From assembly GCA_963667725.2 (NCBI GenBank), contig CAXXHO010000003.1, forward strand, positions 96,001-160,000: a DNA stretch of 64,000 bases. The letters run 5' to 3'. The notes beneath the pieces are model-generated. The model was not told the DNA's origin and ran no database searches. It worked only from the letters and a program-made list of their open reading frames with translations. Source of the DNA: Treponemataceae bacterium. GTDB lineage: Bacteria > Spirochaetota > Spirochaetia > Treponematales > Rectinemataceae. Below, piece by piece: positions 18,966 to 29,249 of the stretch (position 1 is the first letter of the stretch; each line of letters starts with the position of its first letter). The position numbers were made by a program, and so were the translations under genes.

Positions 18966-19058
18966 TCTTCCCTCCCGCTATGCAGATAGTATAGACGATG
19001 GCGCGGAAGAAAGCAGTAACAGAGGTTACGGAATGCCGTCAGTTTTCGGAGATGCGGC

Positions 19059-19991
19059 TCAGCCTTTCGAATCGGGTTTCGCGTCGGCCGCGGTGAGCCC
19101 GAACTTTTCATCTTCGACGTTTCCCAGGGGTTCGATATGGACGATGACATCGTAGATGTCGGGAATCGACTCCTTGATGGATTCCTCCACGTCGACCGCT
19201 ATTTTATGGGCATCGCGCACGCTCATGCCGGGTTCCACTTCTATGTCCAGGTCGACGATGAGCATCGAGCCGATGCGCCGCAGCCGCGCCCTGTGGGGGT
19301 TGCCTGCCGCCGGCACCTTGGCTATGGCGGCGAAGAGCTCCTTGTATTGGCCGTGGCTGTTGAGGCCGTCCATAAGTTCGGTGTTGGCTTCCAGGAAGAT
19401 TTCCACGGCGTTTTTGAGAATCCACAGGGATACGAGGGCCGCGAGAATCTTGTCCATGACAGGGATGCCGGTGATATAGGTCAAAATCAATCCGACGAGA
19501 ACGGCCGAGGAAGTCACCACATCGCCCCGCATGTTCTTGCCGTTCGCTATGAGCATGGCCGAACCGCTTTTTTTGCCGTAGTAGAACTGGCTCCACGCGA
19601 GGGCGAGTTTTCCGATTATGGAAGCGACCGTCACCCATATGGCCATCATCGAGGGCATGACGCTTACGGCTCCTCTTGCTATCTGGCCAATCGCGTTTAT
19701 GAGAACCTGGGCGCCCGCGTAGAATACGATGAAGGAGATGAGGGCCGTGGCTATTGTCTCGATTCTTCCGTGGCCATAGGGGTGCTCCCTGTCGCCGGGC
19801 TTAGCCGAAATTTTTCCGGCCACGAGGGTCATGGCGGCGATGAGGACATCGGTAGCCGAGTCGATGCCGTCCGAGAGCACGGCCAGGCTTCCCGAAAAGC
19901 TTCCAATTACGATTTTCAGTATGGCGAGAAGGCTGTTGCCGACGAGGGCTATCCAGCTCGCTTTGCGCAATGAAGCGCTTCTGCTGTTCAT
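19059..19991 (-). CDS. Cation diffusion facilitator (FieF-like) transporter
   Basis: SLAVLSDGIDSATD and EHPYGHGRIE motifs; C-terminal dimerisation domain (AHKIA, VIVHIEP). Confidence 0.93.
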   Translation of the reverse strand: MNSRSASLRKASWIALVGNSLLAILKIVIGSFSGSLAVLSDGIDSATDVLIAAMTLVAGKISAKPGDREHPYGHGRIETIATALISFIVFYAGAQVLINAIGQIARGAVSVMPSMMAIWVTVASIIGKLALAWSQFYYGKKSGSAMLIANGKNMRGDVVTSSAVLVGLILTYITGIPVMDKILAALVSLWILKNAVEIFLEANTELMDGLNSHGQYKELFAAIAKVPAAGNPHRARLRRIGSMLIVDLDIEVEPGMSVRDAHKIAVDVEESIKESIPDIYDVIVHIEPLGNVEDEKFGLTAADAKPDSKG

Positions 19992-20007
19992 GATGACTCC
20001 GCTTGTT

Positions 20008-21306
20008 TTAGAGGGACTCCAGAATCCCGTCGGCCGCGCGCAGGCCTGAAGCCCATGCCGCGGTTATCCCCCTGCTCGTGCCCGCGCCGTCGCCCACGAG
20101 GTAAAGGCCTTCGGCAGCCCTGAAATGGTTGTCGTCGAAGGCGGGCCGATTCGCGTAGAGCTTGATCTCGGGGTAATACATGATGGTGCTCGGGTGGAGG
20201 AGGCCTGGGACTATCGAATCGAGCAGCTTCATCCCGTTCCATAGCGCGTTCAGAATCTTGGCCGGCGCCGAGAGGCCTATGTCGCCGGGGGTGCATGAGG
20301 GCAGGGTGGGCTCGAAATCGTAGAGGTCTCCCGAAAAGGATTCGGCGAATGAACGCTTGCCGAGCCTGAAGTCGCCGATCCTCTGCATTATCGGTCTGCC
20401 GCCGCCGAGGAGGGCGGCCTGCATGCCCAGCATCCTGGCGTAGGCCTGGCCCGAGGCGAGGGGAGCGGTGAGGGTGACCGTCTTCAGGATCGCGAAATTG
20501 GTGAGACCGTTCTCGGGGCGGGACGATGACCAGGCATGGCCGTTCACCGAATACCAGACGCCCGATTCCTGGTCGCCGTATTTTTCCTGCACCACATAGG
20601 CCGACCGCGAATTGGTGCAGAATGTCCTCGTCTTTTTCGGGAAAAGGAACTTGGGATCGTAGTAATCCCTCACGATGGGATAGCGTTCTTCCTTTGTCTC
20701 CACCCGCACGCCGATATCCACGACGTTGTCGCGATAGGATATGCCGGCGCCGTTCATCATCTGCTGGAGGAAGGCGAAGCCTCCGCGCCCCGGCGCGATG
20801 ATGAGGTTTTTGTAGGCTATTTCCCTTTTGTCAGTGGTTACTATCTTTCGCTCGGCGTCGAGGCTCAGCATTTTCTCGCCCAGGGAAATCTCGGCGCCGA
20901 GATTTCCGAGGCGGGCGACGAGCGTCTTTATCAATTCGAGGCCGCCGTCGGTGCCCAGGTGGGACTGTCGGATTTCCAGGAGCTTAACGCCCAGCTTTTC
21001 GGCCCTGTGAAAATAGACGCCGACGTTCTTCTTGTCCATGATGTCGGGAAGGAGGAATTCCTCGACCCTGCGCAGATAGTATTCGGCCAGTTCCCTGTTC
21101 CAGCAGACTTCGGGAAAACCGATGGGCCAGGAGAAGTTCATTTTGCAGTCGTTGCGCAGTCCGCCGGAGGATACTTCGTTTTTGTCCAGGATGAGAAGGG
21201 ATAGGTCGGATTTGCCGACTTTTGGTCCATGATCCTCGAGAAGGCCGAATGCCGCTCCCAGACCGGCGGGACCAGTGCCAATTATCAGTACGTCGACTTT
21301 GTTCAT
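20008..21306 (-). CDS. NAD(P)/FAD-dependent oxidoreductase
   Basis: IIGTGPAG, IAPGRGG, VDIGVRVE, RTFCTN, YYPEIK and GDGAGTSRGI motifs. ATGA overlap with the mglC stop. Confidence 0.85.
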   Translation of the reverse strand: MNKVDVLIIGTGPAGLGAAFGLLEDHGPKVGKSDLSLLILDKNEVSSGGLRNDCKMNFSWPIGFPEVCWNRELAEYYLRRVEEFLLPDIMDKKNVGVYFHRAEKLGVKLLEIRQSHLGTDGGLELIKTLVARLGNLGAEISLGEKMLSLDAERKIVTTDKREIAYKNLIIAPGRGGFAFLQQMMNGAGISYRDNVVDIGVRVETKEERYPIVRDYYDPKFLFPKKTRTFCTNSRSAYVVQEKYGDQESGVWYSVNGHAWSSSRPENGLTNFAILKTVTLTAPLASGQAYARMLGMQAALLGGGRPIMQRIGDFRLGKRSFAESFSGDLYDFEPTLPSCTPGDIGLSAPAKILNALWNGMKLLDSIVPGLLHPSTIMYYPEIKLYANRPAFDDNHFRAAEGLYLVGDGAGTSRGITAAWASGLRAADGILESL

Positions 21307-22358
21307 CGTTTTGCCAGGTATTTCCTTATGTCTACGGCGACAGCCGCTATGATGATAGCGCCTTTGATGATTTGCTGCCAGTAGGGGTTCATGTTGATGA
21401 AGGTGAGTCCATAGGAAATGATGCTGAAGATGAGGACGCCTATGACCATGCCCGGAACCGTGCCGATGCCTCCCGAGGTCGATACGCCGCCGACGACGCA
21501 GGCCGCGATGGCGTCCAGTTCATAGCCGTTGCCGTAGTTGTTCGTGGCGCCGCCCGTTCTGGCGGCTTCCAGCGTGCCCGCGAGGCCGTAGAGGGCTCCC
21601 GCTATTGTATAGACGGCGAGGAGGCTTTTCTGTACGGGAACGCCTGACACCTTGGCTGCGTCGGGGTTGCCGCCGATGGCGTAGATGTTCTTGCCGAACC
21701 TAGTCTTGTTGTGGATGACCCAGACGATAGCGGCGACGACAAGAGCGATGATGACGATGTAGGGTATCGAATAGGTGCCATCGAAGCCGACATAGCCCGA
21801 GCCGAGGGTGGTGAGGTCCTTCCTTAAGCCTCCGATGGGCTGGGCGCCATAGGGCGGCCTGTCGAAGTAGATCGAGGTGACGCCGTACGCCGCTACCATC
21901 ATGCCGAGGGTGGCTATGAAAGGGGGAACCTTGAGATAGGCGACGATCATCCCGTTGAGGAGACCCAGGAGGGCACAGGCCAGGATGGCTATGAGGATGG
22001 GGATCCAGATGGGGAGCTCAGGAATGTTGGGATACATGCGCCTGGGGTAGGACATGAACTGGAGGAGGGAGGCCGAAACGACGGCAGCGAGGCCGACCTG
22101 GCGGCCAGCCGAAAGGTCGGTGCCTCCGGTGATGAGGATGCCGCCTATGCCCATGGCGATGATGATTCGCGTGGCCGACATCGAGAGGATATTTCTCAGG
22201 TTCTGGAGGGAAAGGAAGGCCGGCGCCTTGATGGAAATAGCCACCACGAGGGCGAGAAACACCAGGTAAATGGCGTATTTTATGGAAAAGTCTTTTATCG
22301 CCTTCTGCCGCGTCATTGATCGGGTCTGAAAAACTTCTGTATTCTTGTTTTCTGCCAT
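21303..22358 (-). CDS. mglC: Galactose/methyl-galactoside ABC transporter permease
   Basis: GTDLSAGRQVG, VPPFIATLG, YAIGGNP.AA..SG and YELDAIAACVVGG motifs; start MAENKNT. Confidence 0.92.
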   Translation of the reverse strand: MAENKNTEVFQTRSMTRQKAIKDFSIKYAIYLVFLALVVAISIKAPAFLSLQNLRNILSMSATRIIIAMGIGGILITGGTDLSAGRQVGLAAVVSASLLQFMSYPRRMYPNIPELPIWIPILIAILACALLGLLNGMIVAYLKVPPFIATLGMMVAAYGVTSIYFDRPPYGAQPIGGLRKDLTTLGSGYVGFDGTYSIPYIVIIALVVAAIVWVIHNKTRFGKNIYAIGGNPDAAKVSGVPVQKSLLAVYTIAGALYGLAGTLEAARTGGATNNYGNGYELDAIAACVVGGVSTSGGIGTVPGMVIGVLIFSIISYGLTFINMNPYWQQIIKGAIIIAAVAVDIRKYLAKR

Positions 22359-22369
22359 TTTTTCTCTCC

Positions 22370-23884
22370 TCACATGAACTGTGTTGCAAGCCGCATGATG
22401 GTTTCCTGATCGGCTGTCTTTCCGTCGAGGATGCCGGTGAGCCGGCCATCGCACATGACCATGATCCTGTCCGACATGCCTATCAGCTCGGGCATTTCGG
22501 ATGAAATCATGATGATGCTTTTCCCTTTTGCGGCGAGGTCGGCGATGATGGTATAGATTTCGTACTTTGCGCCCACGTCTATGCCCCGGGTGGGTTCGTC
22601 CAGTATGAGGATCTCGGGTTCGGTGAGAAGCCAGCGGGCGAAGAGCACTTTCTGCTGATTGCCGCCCGAAAGATCTTTGATCCGCGTCTTCGATGAGGGG
22701 GTCTTCACCCTGAGCTGGTCGATGCTCTTGTCGACATCGATGGAGCAGCGCTTTTCGTCGATCAGTCCGCTTCTGCGGATATAGCGCGGCAGGCTGGCGA
22801 GGATCGTGTTCTCGAGGACGGAGAGCATGGGCACGATGCCCGTGGCGCGCCGTTCTTCGGTGAGGAGGGCCATGCGTTTTGTGATGGCGCTTTCGGGAGA
22901 GCTGATGACGACGGCCTTGCCGTTCAGTTCGATGCTGCCCGATTCGATTGGTCTCAGACCAAAGATGGATTCGACGAGTTCCGTGCGCTTGGCGCCGACG
23001 AGGCCGCCGATGCCGAGGATTTCACCGCGGTGTAGATCGAAGGACACATCGCGAAAGGATTTGGTCTCGGCCGATGTGAGGTCGCTCACCTTGAGGATGA
23101 CGTCACCCGGCGTATTGGAGCGTGGCGGGAATCGGTGGGTCAGGTCTCTACCGACCATCTTCGAGATGATCGTCGCCATCGTCAGATCCTTCGCCGCGTA
23201 GGTGCCAACCTGCCTGCCGTCGCGCATGATTGTAACTTCGTCCGAAATCTGAAGGATTTCTTCCATTTTATGGGAGATGTAGATGATCGCCACGCCCTTC
23301 TTCTTCAGCTCGTTGATGATCCTGAAAAGCTGCTCGACCTCGTTGGAGGTGAGCGAGGAGGTGGGCTCGTCCATGATGATAACGCGCGAATTGTTGGAGA
23401 CAGCCTTGGCTATTTCGAGGGACTGGATCTTGGATACCGAAAGGTTGCGAACCCAGATTTTCGGGTCAATGTCCATCCCCAGCTGGGCGAAGAGTGTTTT
23501 TGTCTCCTCAAGCATCTTTTTATTGTCGACAAACTTGAAAGGTCCATAGCGCTTGACGGGAATCCTACCCAGCCAGAGGTTTTCCATCACTGGTCTGAAG
23601 GGAACAGGAAGTAATTCCTGGTGTATCATCGAGATACCCGCGTCGAGGGCTTGTCGCGACGTGGCGAACTTCACCGGCTTTCCGTCGAATTGGACCTCCC
23701 CCTCATCGGGGACATAGATGCCGAAGAGGCATTTCATGAGGGTGGATTTCCCGGCGCCATTCTCGCCCATCAAGGCATGTACGCTTCCAGGTCGGACCTT
23801 GATGCTGACGTCGTCGAGGGCTTTTACCCCGGGGAAACTTTTCGAGATGTGGTTCATCTCCAGGACGTACTCAACGTCGCTCAT
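22370..23884 (-). CDS. mglA: Galactose/methyl-galactoside ABC transporter ATP-binding protein
   Basis: Tandem ABC domains: GENGAGKST, DEPTSSL, LSGGNQQKV, DEPTRGIDVGAK. Start MSDVEY follows a GGAGG SD. Confidence 0.93.
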   Translation of the reverse strand: MSDVEYVLEMNHISKSFPGVKALDDVSIKVRPGSVHALMGENGAGKSTLMKCLFGIYVPDEGEVQFDGKPVKFATSRQALDAGISMIHQELLPVPFRPVMENLWLGRIPVKRYGPFKFVDNKKMLEETKTLFAQLGMDIDPKIWVRNLSVSKIQSLEIAKAVSNNSRVIIMDEPTSSLTSNEVEQLFRIINELKKKGVAIIYISHKMEEILQISDEVTIMRDGRQVGTYAAKDLTMATIISKMVGRDLTHRFPPRSNTPGDVILKVSDLTSAETKSFRDVSFDLHRGEILGIGGLVGAKRTELVESIFGLRPIESGSIELNGKAVVISSPESAITKRMALLTEERRATGIVPMLSVLENTILASLPRYIRRSGLIDEKRCSIDVDKSIDQLRVKTPSSKTRIKDLSGGNQQKVLFARWLLTEPEILILDEPTRGIDVGAKYEIYTIIADLAAKGKSIIMISSEMPELIGMSDRIMVMCDGRLTGILDGKTADQETIMRLATQFM

Positions 23885-23978
23885 GAGATGCCTCCCTTCT
23901 GGCGCAGAATAAAAAAAGAGGGTGCATGTAGTATACATACACCCTTTTTGCCTTCAAAGAAAGCGATACCTGCAGTGC

Positions 23979-24974
23979 TTATTTGAACTGGGTGTAATTT
24001 TCCTTGGTCACCATCTGGTAGGGAACCCAGACATACTTGCCGTCGGTGATTTCCCAGCCGGTCTTGGTGACATCTTCGCCCTTGGCGACGGCGAAGGCGA
24101 GGTCGAAGGTGGCCTTGCCCTGGTTCTTCGCGTCGTTGAGGACGGTGCCCAGGAGGGTGCCTTCCTCGACAGCCTGGAGAGCGGGAGCGGTGGCGTCGAC
24201 GCCGACCACGACGATCTGCTTGGTGCCGGCGAAATAGCCTTCGGACTTGAGGGCTTCGATGGCGCCAAGAGCCATGTCGTCATTGTTGCAGAGCACGACT
24301 TCGATCTTGTCGCCGTTCGCGGCGTAGAAGGCCTTCATCTTCTCGAAAGCCTTGGGGCGGTCCCACATGGCGGTGTCTTCGGCGAGTTTGTCTACGCCGA
24401 TACCAGCGTCGGTGATGGCCTGGATGGAGAACTGGGTGCGGAGTTCCGCGTCCTGGTGTCCCGGCTCGCCCTTGAGCATGATGTACTGGATCTTGCCGTC
24501 CTTGTTCTTGTCGGCAGCGGGGTTGGCCTTCCAGTAGTCGACGACGATCTGGCCCTGCATGGTGCCGGACTGCTCGGCCTTGGCGCCGACATAGTAGACC
24601 TTATCCCAGGACTTCATGTCGTCGGCGAGGGGCTCGCGGTTGAAAAAGACGACAGGGGTCTTCTTGGCCTTGGCCTTCTCGATGATGGCGGCGGCGGCCG
24701 TGCGGTCAACCGGGTTGATGGCGATCGCTTTCATTTTCTTGGAGAGGAACGCGTCTACCTGGTCGTTCTGGGTGGGCTGGGCGTTCTGGCTGTCCACGAC
24801 TTCGACTTCCGCTTTGTCCGTGGCGTTCTCGGTGATGGCGTTGCGGACATAGGACATGAATGTGTCATCGAACTTGTAGATCGCGACACCAATCTTGGGT
24901 TTTCCACTTGCAGAGCCGCCGCAGCTGGCGAGTAAGACTGCAAGTACGGCAAAGGCGACGAGAAGTTTTTTCAT
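23979..24974 (-). CDS. mglB: Galactose/glucose-binding lipoprotein
   Basis: Lipobox LLASC; IYKFDDTFM, Ca-loop DKNKDGKIQ, GEPGHQDA, NNDDMALGA and GTVLND motifs. Confidence 0.93.
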   Translation of the reverse strand: MKKLLVAFAVLAVLLASCGGSASGKPKIGVAIYKFDDTFMSYVRNAITENATDKAEVEVVDSQNAQPTQNDQVDAFLSKKMKAIAINPVDRTAAAAIIEKAKAKKTPVVFFNREPLADDMKSWDKVYYVGAKAEQSGTMQGQIVVDYWKANPAADKNKDGKIQYIMLKGEPGHQDAELRTQFSIQAITDAGIGVDKLAEDTAMWDRPKAFEKMKAFYAANGDKIEVVLCNNDDMALGAIEALKSEGYFAGTKQIVVVGVDATAPALQAVEEGTLLGTVLNDAKNQGKATFDLAFAVAKGEDVTKTGWEITDGKYVWVPYQMVTKENYTQFK

Positions 24975-25103
24975 CTTCTTCCTCCTGTGAACTTTGTGCA
25001 TTTACAAATGCACGCCCAAAAGTTTATCGGTTAACCACTCATATGTCCATATCCCATCCCTGTCAAACTGACCGGAAAGTTGATTCTCCATGGCGGAATA
25101 AAA

Positions 25104-25132
25104 TTGACAGCGCCCTGAACTCGCTCTACTAT
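25104..25132 (+). promoter_or_regulatory. Sigma-70-type promoter of the liv operon
   Basis: TTGACA-17 bp-TACTAT. Confidence 0.7.
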
Positions 25133-25185
25133 CTGAGACGTCCACTCAACATTTGAGAGGGACGAGAGAAATCAGGAGGATTGTA

Positions 25186-26331
25186 ATGAAGCGAATCGGT
25201 ATTGCTGCACTTGCAATCGCGGTACTTGCCCTGCTTTTCGCCTGCGGCCCCGCGGCCCCGAAAACAGTCAAGTTCGGCGTGTTCGAGCCTCTGACCGGCG
25301 CCAATGCCGGCGGCGGCGCGCTGGAAGTCGAAGGCGTCAAGCTAGCCAACGAACTGTATCCCACGGTTAAAGTGGGCGACAAGGAATACAAGATCGAGCT
25401 TGTGATCTCCGACAACAAATCGGACAAGGTCGAAGCCGCCAACGCGGCCCAGCGCCTCGTCGACAAAGATAAGGTCCATGTGGTTCTCGGATCCTGGGGA
25501 TCCTCGCTGTCCATGGCTGCCGGTCCCATCGTGAAACAGGCCAAGACCCCGGCGATCGGACTCTCCTGCACGAACCCCCTTGTCACCAAGGGCAATGAAT
25601 ACTACTTCCGCGTCTGCTTCCTCGATCCCTTCCAGGGCACCGTCATGGCCAACTACGCTTTCAAGGAAGCTAAAGCCAGAAAAGCCGTCATCATTCGCGA
25701 AGTGTCGAACGACTACTCCGTCGGCCTCGCGAAATTCTTCGCCGACGCCTTCGAGCTGCTCACCGGCGACACTTCGTCCATTCTCGCCGAGCTCAACTAC
25801 AACACCGGCGACACGGATTTCTCCGCCGCCCTCACCGAGATCAAGAAATTCAAACCCGACGTCATTTTCGCCCCCGGCAACTTCACCGAGAGCGCCCTCA
25901 TCGTGAAACAGGCCCGTGAGCTGGGTATCACCACTCCCTTCCTCGGCGGCGACACTTGGGAAACCCCCGAGTTCCTCGACGTGGGCAAGGCCGCTGTCGA
26001 AGGCGTCGTCTTCTCGACCTTCTTCGCCACCGAAGTTCCCATCACCGAGACGTCCAAGGTATTCCTCGACGAATATCGCAAGAAGTACAGCAAGGAACCC
26101 GCCGCGGTCACCGCTCTCGGATTCGACGGTTACCTCGTCGCTCGCGCCGCCATCGAAAAAGCCGGCAGTCTCGACAAGACGAAGATCCGCGATGCCATCG
26201 CCGTGACCAAGGATTTCCCCGGCGCGGCCGGCCTGATCACCCTCGACGCCGAAGGCGACGCCGTGAAGAGCGCCGTCATCAAGACGGTCAAAGACGGTAA
26301 GTTCTCATATCTGACGACTGTACAGCCCTAA
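25186..26331 (+). CDS. livK: Branched-chain amino acid ABC transporter substrate-binding lipoprotein
   Basis: AGGAGG SD, lipobox LFAC, PLTG, FRVCF.D..QG and DFSA.L motifs; first gene of the livHMGF cluster. Confidence 0.88.
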   Translation: MKRIGIAALAIAVLALLFACGPAAPKTVKFGVFEPLTGANAGGGALEVEGVKLANELYPTVKVGDKEYKIELVISDNKSDKVEAANAAQRLVDKDKVHVVLGSWGSSLSMAAGPIVKQAKTPAIGLSCTNPLVTKGNEYYFRVCFLDPFQGTVMANYAFKEAKARKAVIIREVSNDYSVGLAKFFADAFELLTGDTSSILAELNYNTGDTDFSAALTEIKKFKPDVIFAPGNFTESALIVKQARELGITTPFLGGDTWETPEFLDVGKAAVEGVVFSTFFATEVPITETSKVFLDEYRKKYSKEPAAVTALGFDGYLVARAAIEKAGSLDKTKIRDAIAVTKDFPGAAGLITLDAEGDAVKSAVIKTVKDGKFSYLTTVQP

Positions 26332-26491
26332 GACTGTTTTTCCGGGATCGGCGGATGGGGCGTGGCCTCGTCCGCTGGTCTAGCTTCATACTTCGACAAA
26401 AGCCAGATTGAAACGCGCTCGGCGAAAGCCGGCAGGAAATGTACGGCGCCCGCCGGATATTCCTTCCGCGTTCAACCGGAATCGAGGACGA

Positions 26492-27385
26492 ATGACCCTC
26501 GCACTATTTCTGCAGCACATCGCCAATGCCCTGTCGCTTGGCAGCCTTTACGCCCTCATCGCCATCGGCTACACGATGGTGTATGGAATTCTGCGTCTCA
26601 TCAATTTCGCCCATGGCGACGTATTCATGCTGGGAGCCTACATAGCCTTTTACGGGACGGCGCTGCTTCACCTTCCCTGGTGGGCTTCCCTCGTTCTGGC
26701 AATTCTCTGCACCTCCCTCTTCGGGATTGGCCTGGAAAAAATCGCCTACAGGCCCCTGCGGGATTCACCGAAAATCTCCATCATGATCAGCGCCATCGGC
26801 GCCTCCTACCTCATCGAAAATCTCGCCGTCCTCCTCTTCGGAGGAAGGCCCAAGGGCGTTGAAGTGCCCGATATCCTGGGAAAGGTCATCTCCTTCGGAT
26901 CGGTGTCCATCGTGACGGTGAGCCTCGTCATCCCCGTGTTCACCTTCGCCCTTCTCGCCATCCTTCTCTGGATCGTCAACAGGACGAAGACGGGCATGGC
27001 CATGCGGGCCGTATCCACCGATGTCGAGGCGGCGCGCCTCATGGCCATCGACGTCAACGGGATCGTTTCCATAACCTTCGGGATTGGTTCTCTCCTCGCA
27101 GCCTTCGGGGGCATCCTCTGGTCCTTCAAGTATCCCCAGCTCAACCCGCTCATGGGCGTGCTGCCGGGCTTGAAATGTTTCATCGCCGCCGTCATCGGCG
27201 GGATAGGAAGCATCAGCGGGGCGGTGCTGGGGGGATTCCTCCTCGGCCTCATCGAGATTATGACGGTCGCTCTCCTGCCCACCCTGTCGGGCTACCGCGA
27301 CGCCTTCGCTTTCGTCCTCCTCATCGTGGTGCTGATCGTGAAGCCCACGGGCTTGCTGGGGAAACGGCAGGCGGAGAAGGTGTAA
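26492..27385 (+). CDS. livH: Branched-chain amino acid ABC transporter permease
   Basis: GSLYALIAIGYTMVYGILRLINFAHG and KPTGLLG motifs. Confidence 0.95.
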   Translation: MTLALFLQHIANALSLGSLYALIAIGYTMVYGILRLINFAHGDVFMLGAYIAFYGTALLHLPWWASLVLAILCTSLFGIGLEKIAYRPLRDSPKISIMISAIGASYLIENLAVLLFGGRPKGVEVPDILGKVISFGSVSIVTVSLVIPVFTFALLAILLWIVNRTKTGMAMRAVSTDVEAARLMAIDVNGIVSITFGIGSLLAAFGGILWSFKYPQLNPLMGVLPGLKCFIAAVIGGIGSISGAVLGGFLLGLIEIMTVALLPTLSGYRDAFAFVLLIVVLIVKPTGLLGKRQAEKV

Positions 27386-27388
27386 ATC

Positions 27389-28489
27389 ATGAAAATGACG
27401 AAAAACTACACGTTCAGCCTGATCGCCATTGCCGTTTTCGCCGTCTTCCTGGTAGTGGCCAATACGTTCTTCGACGCTTTTACCCTGAGAGTCATAAACC
27501 TCTGCGCGATCTACATCATCCTGGCGCTTTCGCTCAACCTTTTAAACGGCTTCACGGGGCTGTTCTCCCTCGGGCATTCGGGGTTCATGGCGGTGGGAGC
27601 CTATGTGTGCGCGCTGCTCACGATGTCGCCCGAACTCAAGGAAATGAACTTCTTTCTCGTGCCCATCATTCCCGTGCTCAAGAACCTGACGCTTCCCTTC
27701 ATTCCGGCGCTGATCTTCGGCGGATTGGCCGCGGCATTCGTGGGGTTCCTGATCGGCGCCCCCGTACTAAGGCTTAAGGACGACTACCTCGCCATCGCGA
27801 CCCTGGGTTTTTCCGAGATCATCAGGGTGCTCATCACGAACGCCCAGACGATCACCAACGGGGCTCAGGGGCTCAAGGGGCTGCCGCGCTACGCTTCGAC
27901 CTACGTCGTATGGATAACCGCCGCTCTTGTCACGCTCTTCATGGCCCTTCTCATGCGTTCGAGCTACGGCCGAGCGATGAAGGCGGTGCGCGACGACGAG
28001 CTGGCAGCCGAGACGATGGGCGTCAACGTGTTCAGGGTGAAGGTGACATCCTTCACGGTTTCGAGCTTTATCGCCGGCGTGGGAGGAGCCCTCCTTGGCC
28101 ACATGATCACAACCATCGACCCCAAGATGTTCACCTTCCTCCTCACCTTCAACATCCTTCTTATCGTGGTTCTGGGCGGCACCGGTTCCATTTCCGGATC
28201 GGTCATCGCTGCCATCGTCGTCACCATCCTTATGGAAGCCCTCCGCTTCCTCGACGAACCGATGAATCTGCTGCTATTCAAGACCCAGGGCCTGCCGGGC
28301 CTGCGCATGGTCGTCTTTTCGGCGATGCTGATGCTCGTCGTCATATTCCGCCAAAGCGGGCTCATGGGAAACAAGGAATTTTCCTGGGGCATGCTCAAAA
28401 ACGCGGGCGCGGTTTTCTCCCATTTGGGAAAGAACAAGGGTTCGCCCGGAGGAGGCCGACGCGGCTCCAGAGGAGGCCGCGATGCCTGA
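27389..28489 (+). CDS. livM: Branched-chain amino acid ABC transporter permease
   Basis: LNLLNGFTGLFSLGH, LRLKDDYLAIATLGF and GRAMKAVRDDE motifs. Confidence 0.95.
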   Translation: MKMTKNYTFSLIAIAVFAVFLVVANTFFDAFTLRVINLCAIYIILALSLNLLNGFTGLFSLGHSGFMAVGAYVCALLTMSPELKEMNFFLVPIIPVLKNLTLPFIPALIFGGLAAAFVGFLIGAPVLRLKDDYLAIATLGFSEIIRVLITNAQTITNGAQGLKGLPRYASTYVVWITAALVTLFMALLMRSSYGRAMKAVRDDELAAETMGVNVFRVKVTSFTVSSFIAGVGGALLGHMITTIDPKMFTFLLTFNILLIVVLGGTGSISGSVIAAIVVTILMEALRFLDEPMNLLLFKTQGLPGLRMVVFSAMLMLVVIFRQSGLMGNKEFSWGMLKNAGAVFSHLGKNKGSPGGGRRGSRGGRDA

Positions 28490-29249
28490 AACCATGCTCT
28501 CCACCGACAAGGTGGTGATGAAATTCGGCGGCCTCACCGCCGTGTCCGATTTCAACATCCAGATCGACAAGAACGAGATCGTCGGGCTCATCGGGCCTAA
28601 CGGCGCCGGCAAAACGACGGCCTTCAATGTCATAACAGGAATGTACACGCCGACGGAGGGCAAGGTCCTCTATAAGTCGCGGAACATCACCGGCTACAAG
28701 CCGCATTCGATCACGGAACTCGGCATAGCGCGAACCTTCCAGAACATTAGGCTTTTCAAGGAAATGAGCGTGCTCGAGAACGTCCTCGTAGGTTGCCATC
28801 TCGGCATCGGCACGGGGATTTTCGGCGCCACCCTCCATCTGCCGGCCTACCGGAAGAGGGAAGCGGAGGCGCGCGAGTTCGCCATGAACCTGCTGGCCCA
28901 GGTGGAACTCGACAAGGCGGCCGGCGAAAAGGCGACGAGTCTTCCCTATGGAAAACAGAGGCGGCTTGAAATCGTGCGCGCCCTCGCCACGAAGCCGACG
29001 ATGCTTCTGCTCGACGAACCCGCCGCGGGCATGAACCCGCAGGAATCCATGGAGCTCATGAGCCTGATTCGCAAGCTTCGCGACGAATTCGACCTGACCA
29101 TTTTCCTTATCGAGCACCATATGCAGGTGGTCATGGGCGTCTGCGACCGCATGTACGTGCTCGACTATGGCCTTACGATAGCCCAAGGCGATCCGGCTTC
29201 GATCCAGAAAAACCCGAAAGTCATCGAAGCTTATCTGGGGGTGGACTGA
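28482..29249 (+). CDS. livG: Branched-chain amino acid ABC transporter ATP-binding protein
   Basis: FGGLTAV, GPNGAGKTT, ARTFQNIRLF, LPYG.QRRLEI and DEPAAGMN motifs. Confidence 0.95.
   Translation: MPETMLSTDKVVMKFGGLTAVSDFNIQIDKNEIVGLIGPNGAGKTTAFNVITGMYTPTEGKVLYKSRNITGYKPHSITELGIARTFQNIRLFKEMSVLENVLVGCHLGIGTGIFGATLHLPAYRKREAEAREFAMNLLAQVELDKAAGEKATSLPYGKQRRLEIVRALATKPTMLLLDEPAAGMNPQESMELMSLIRKLRDEFDLTIFLIEHHMQVVMGVCDRMYVLDYGLTIAQGDPASIQKNPKVIEAYLGVD

Noticed and set aside
26332..26491. Hairpin-containing livK-livH spacer
   Set aside because: Consistent with the ordinary stabilising stem-loop after a binding-protein gene; no second copy seen in the window.
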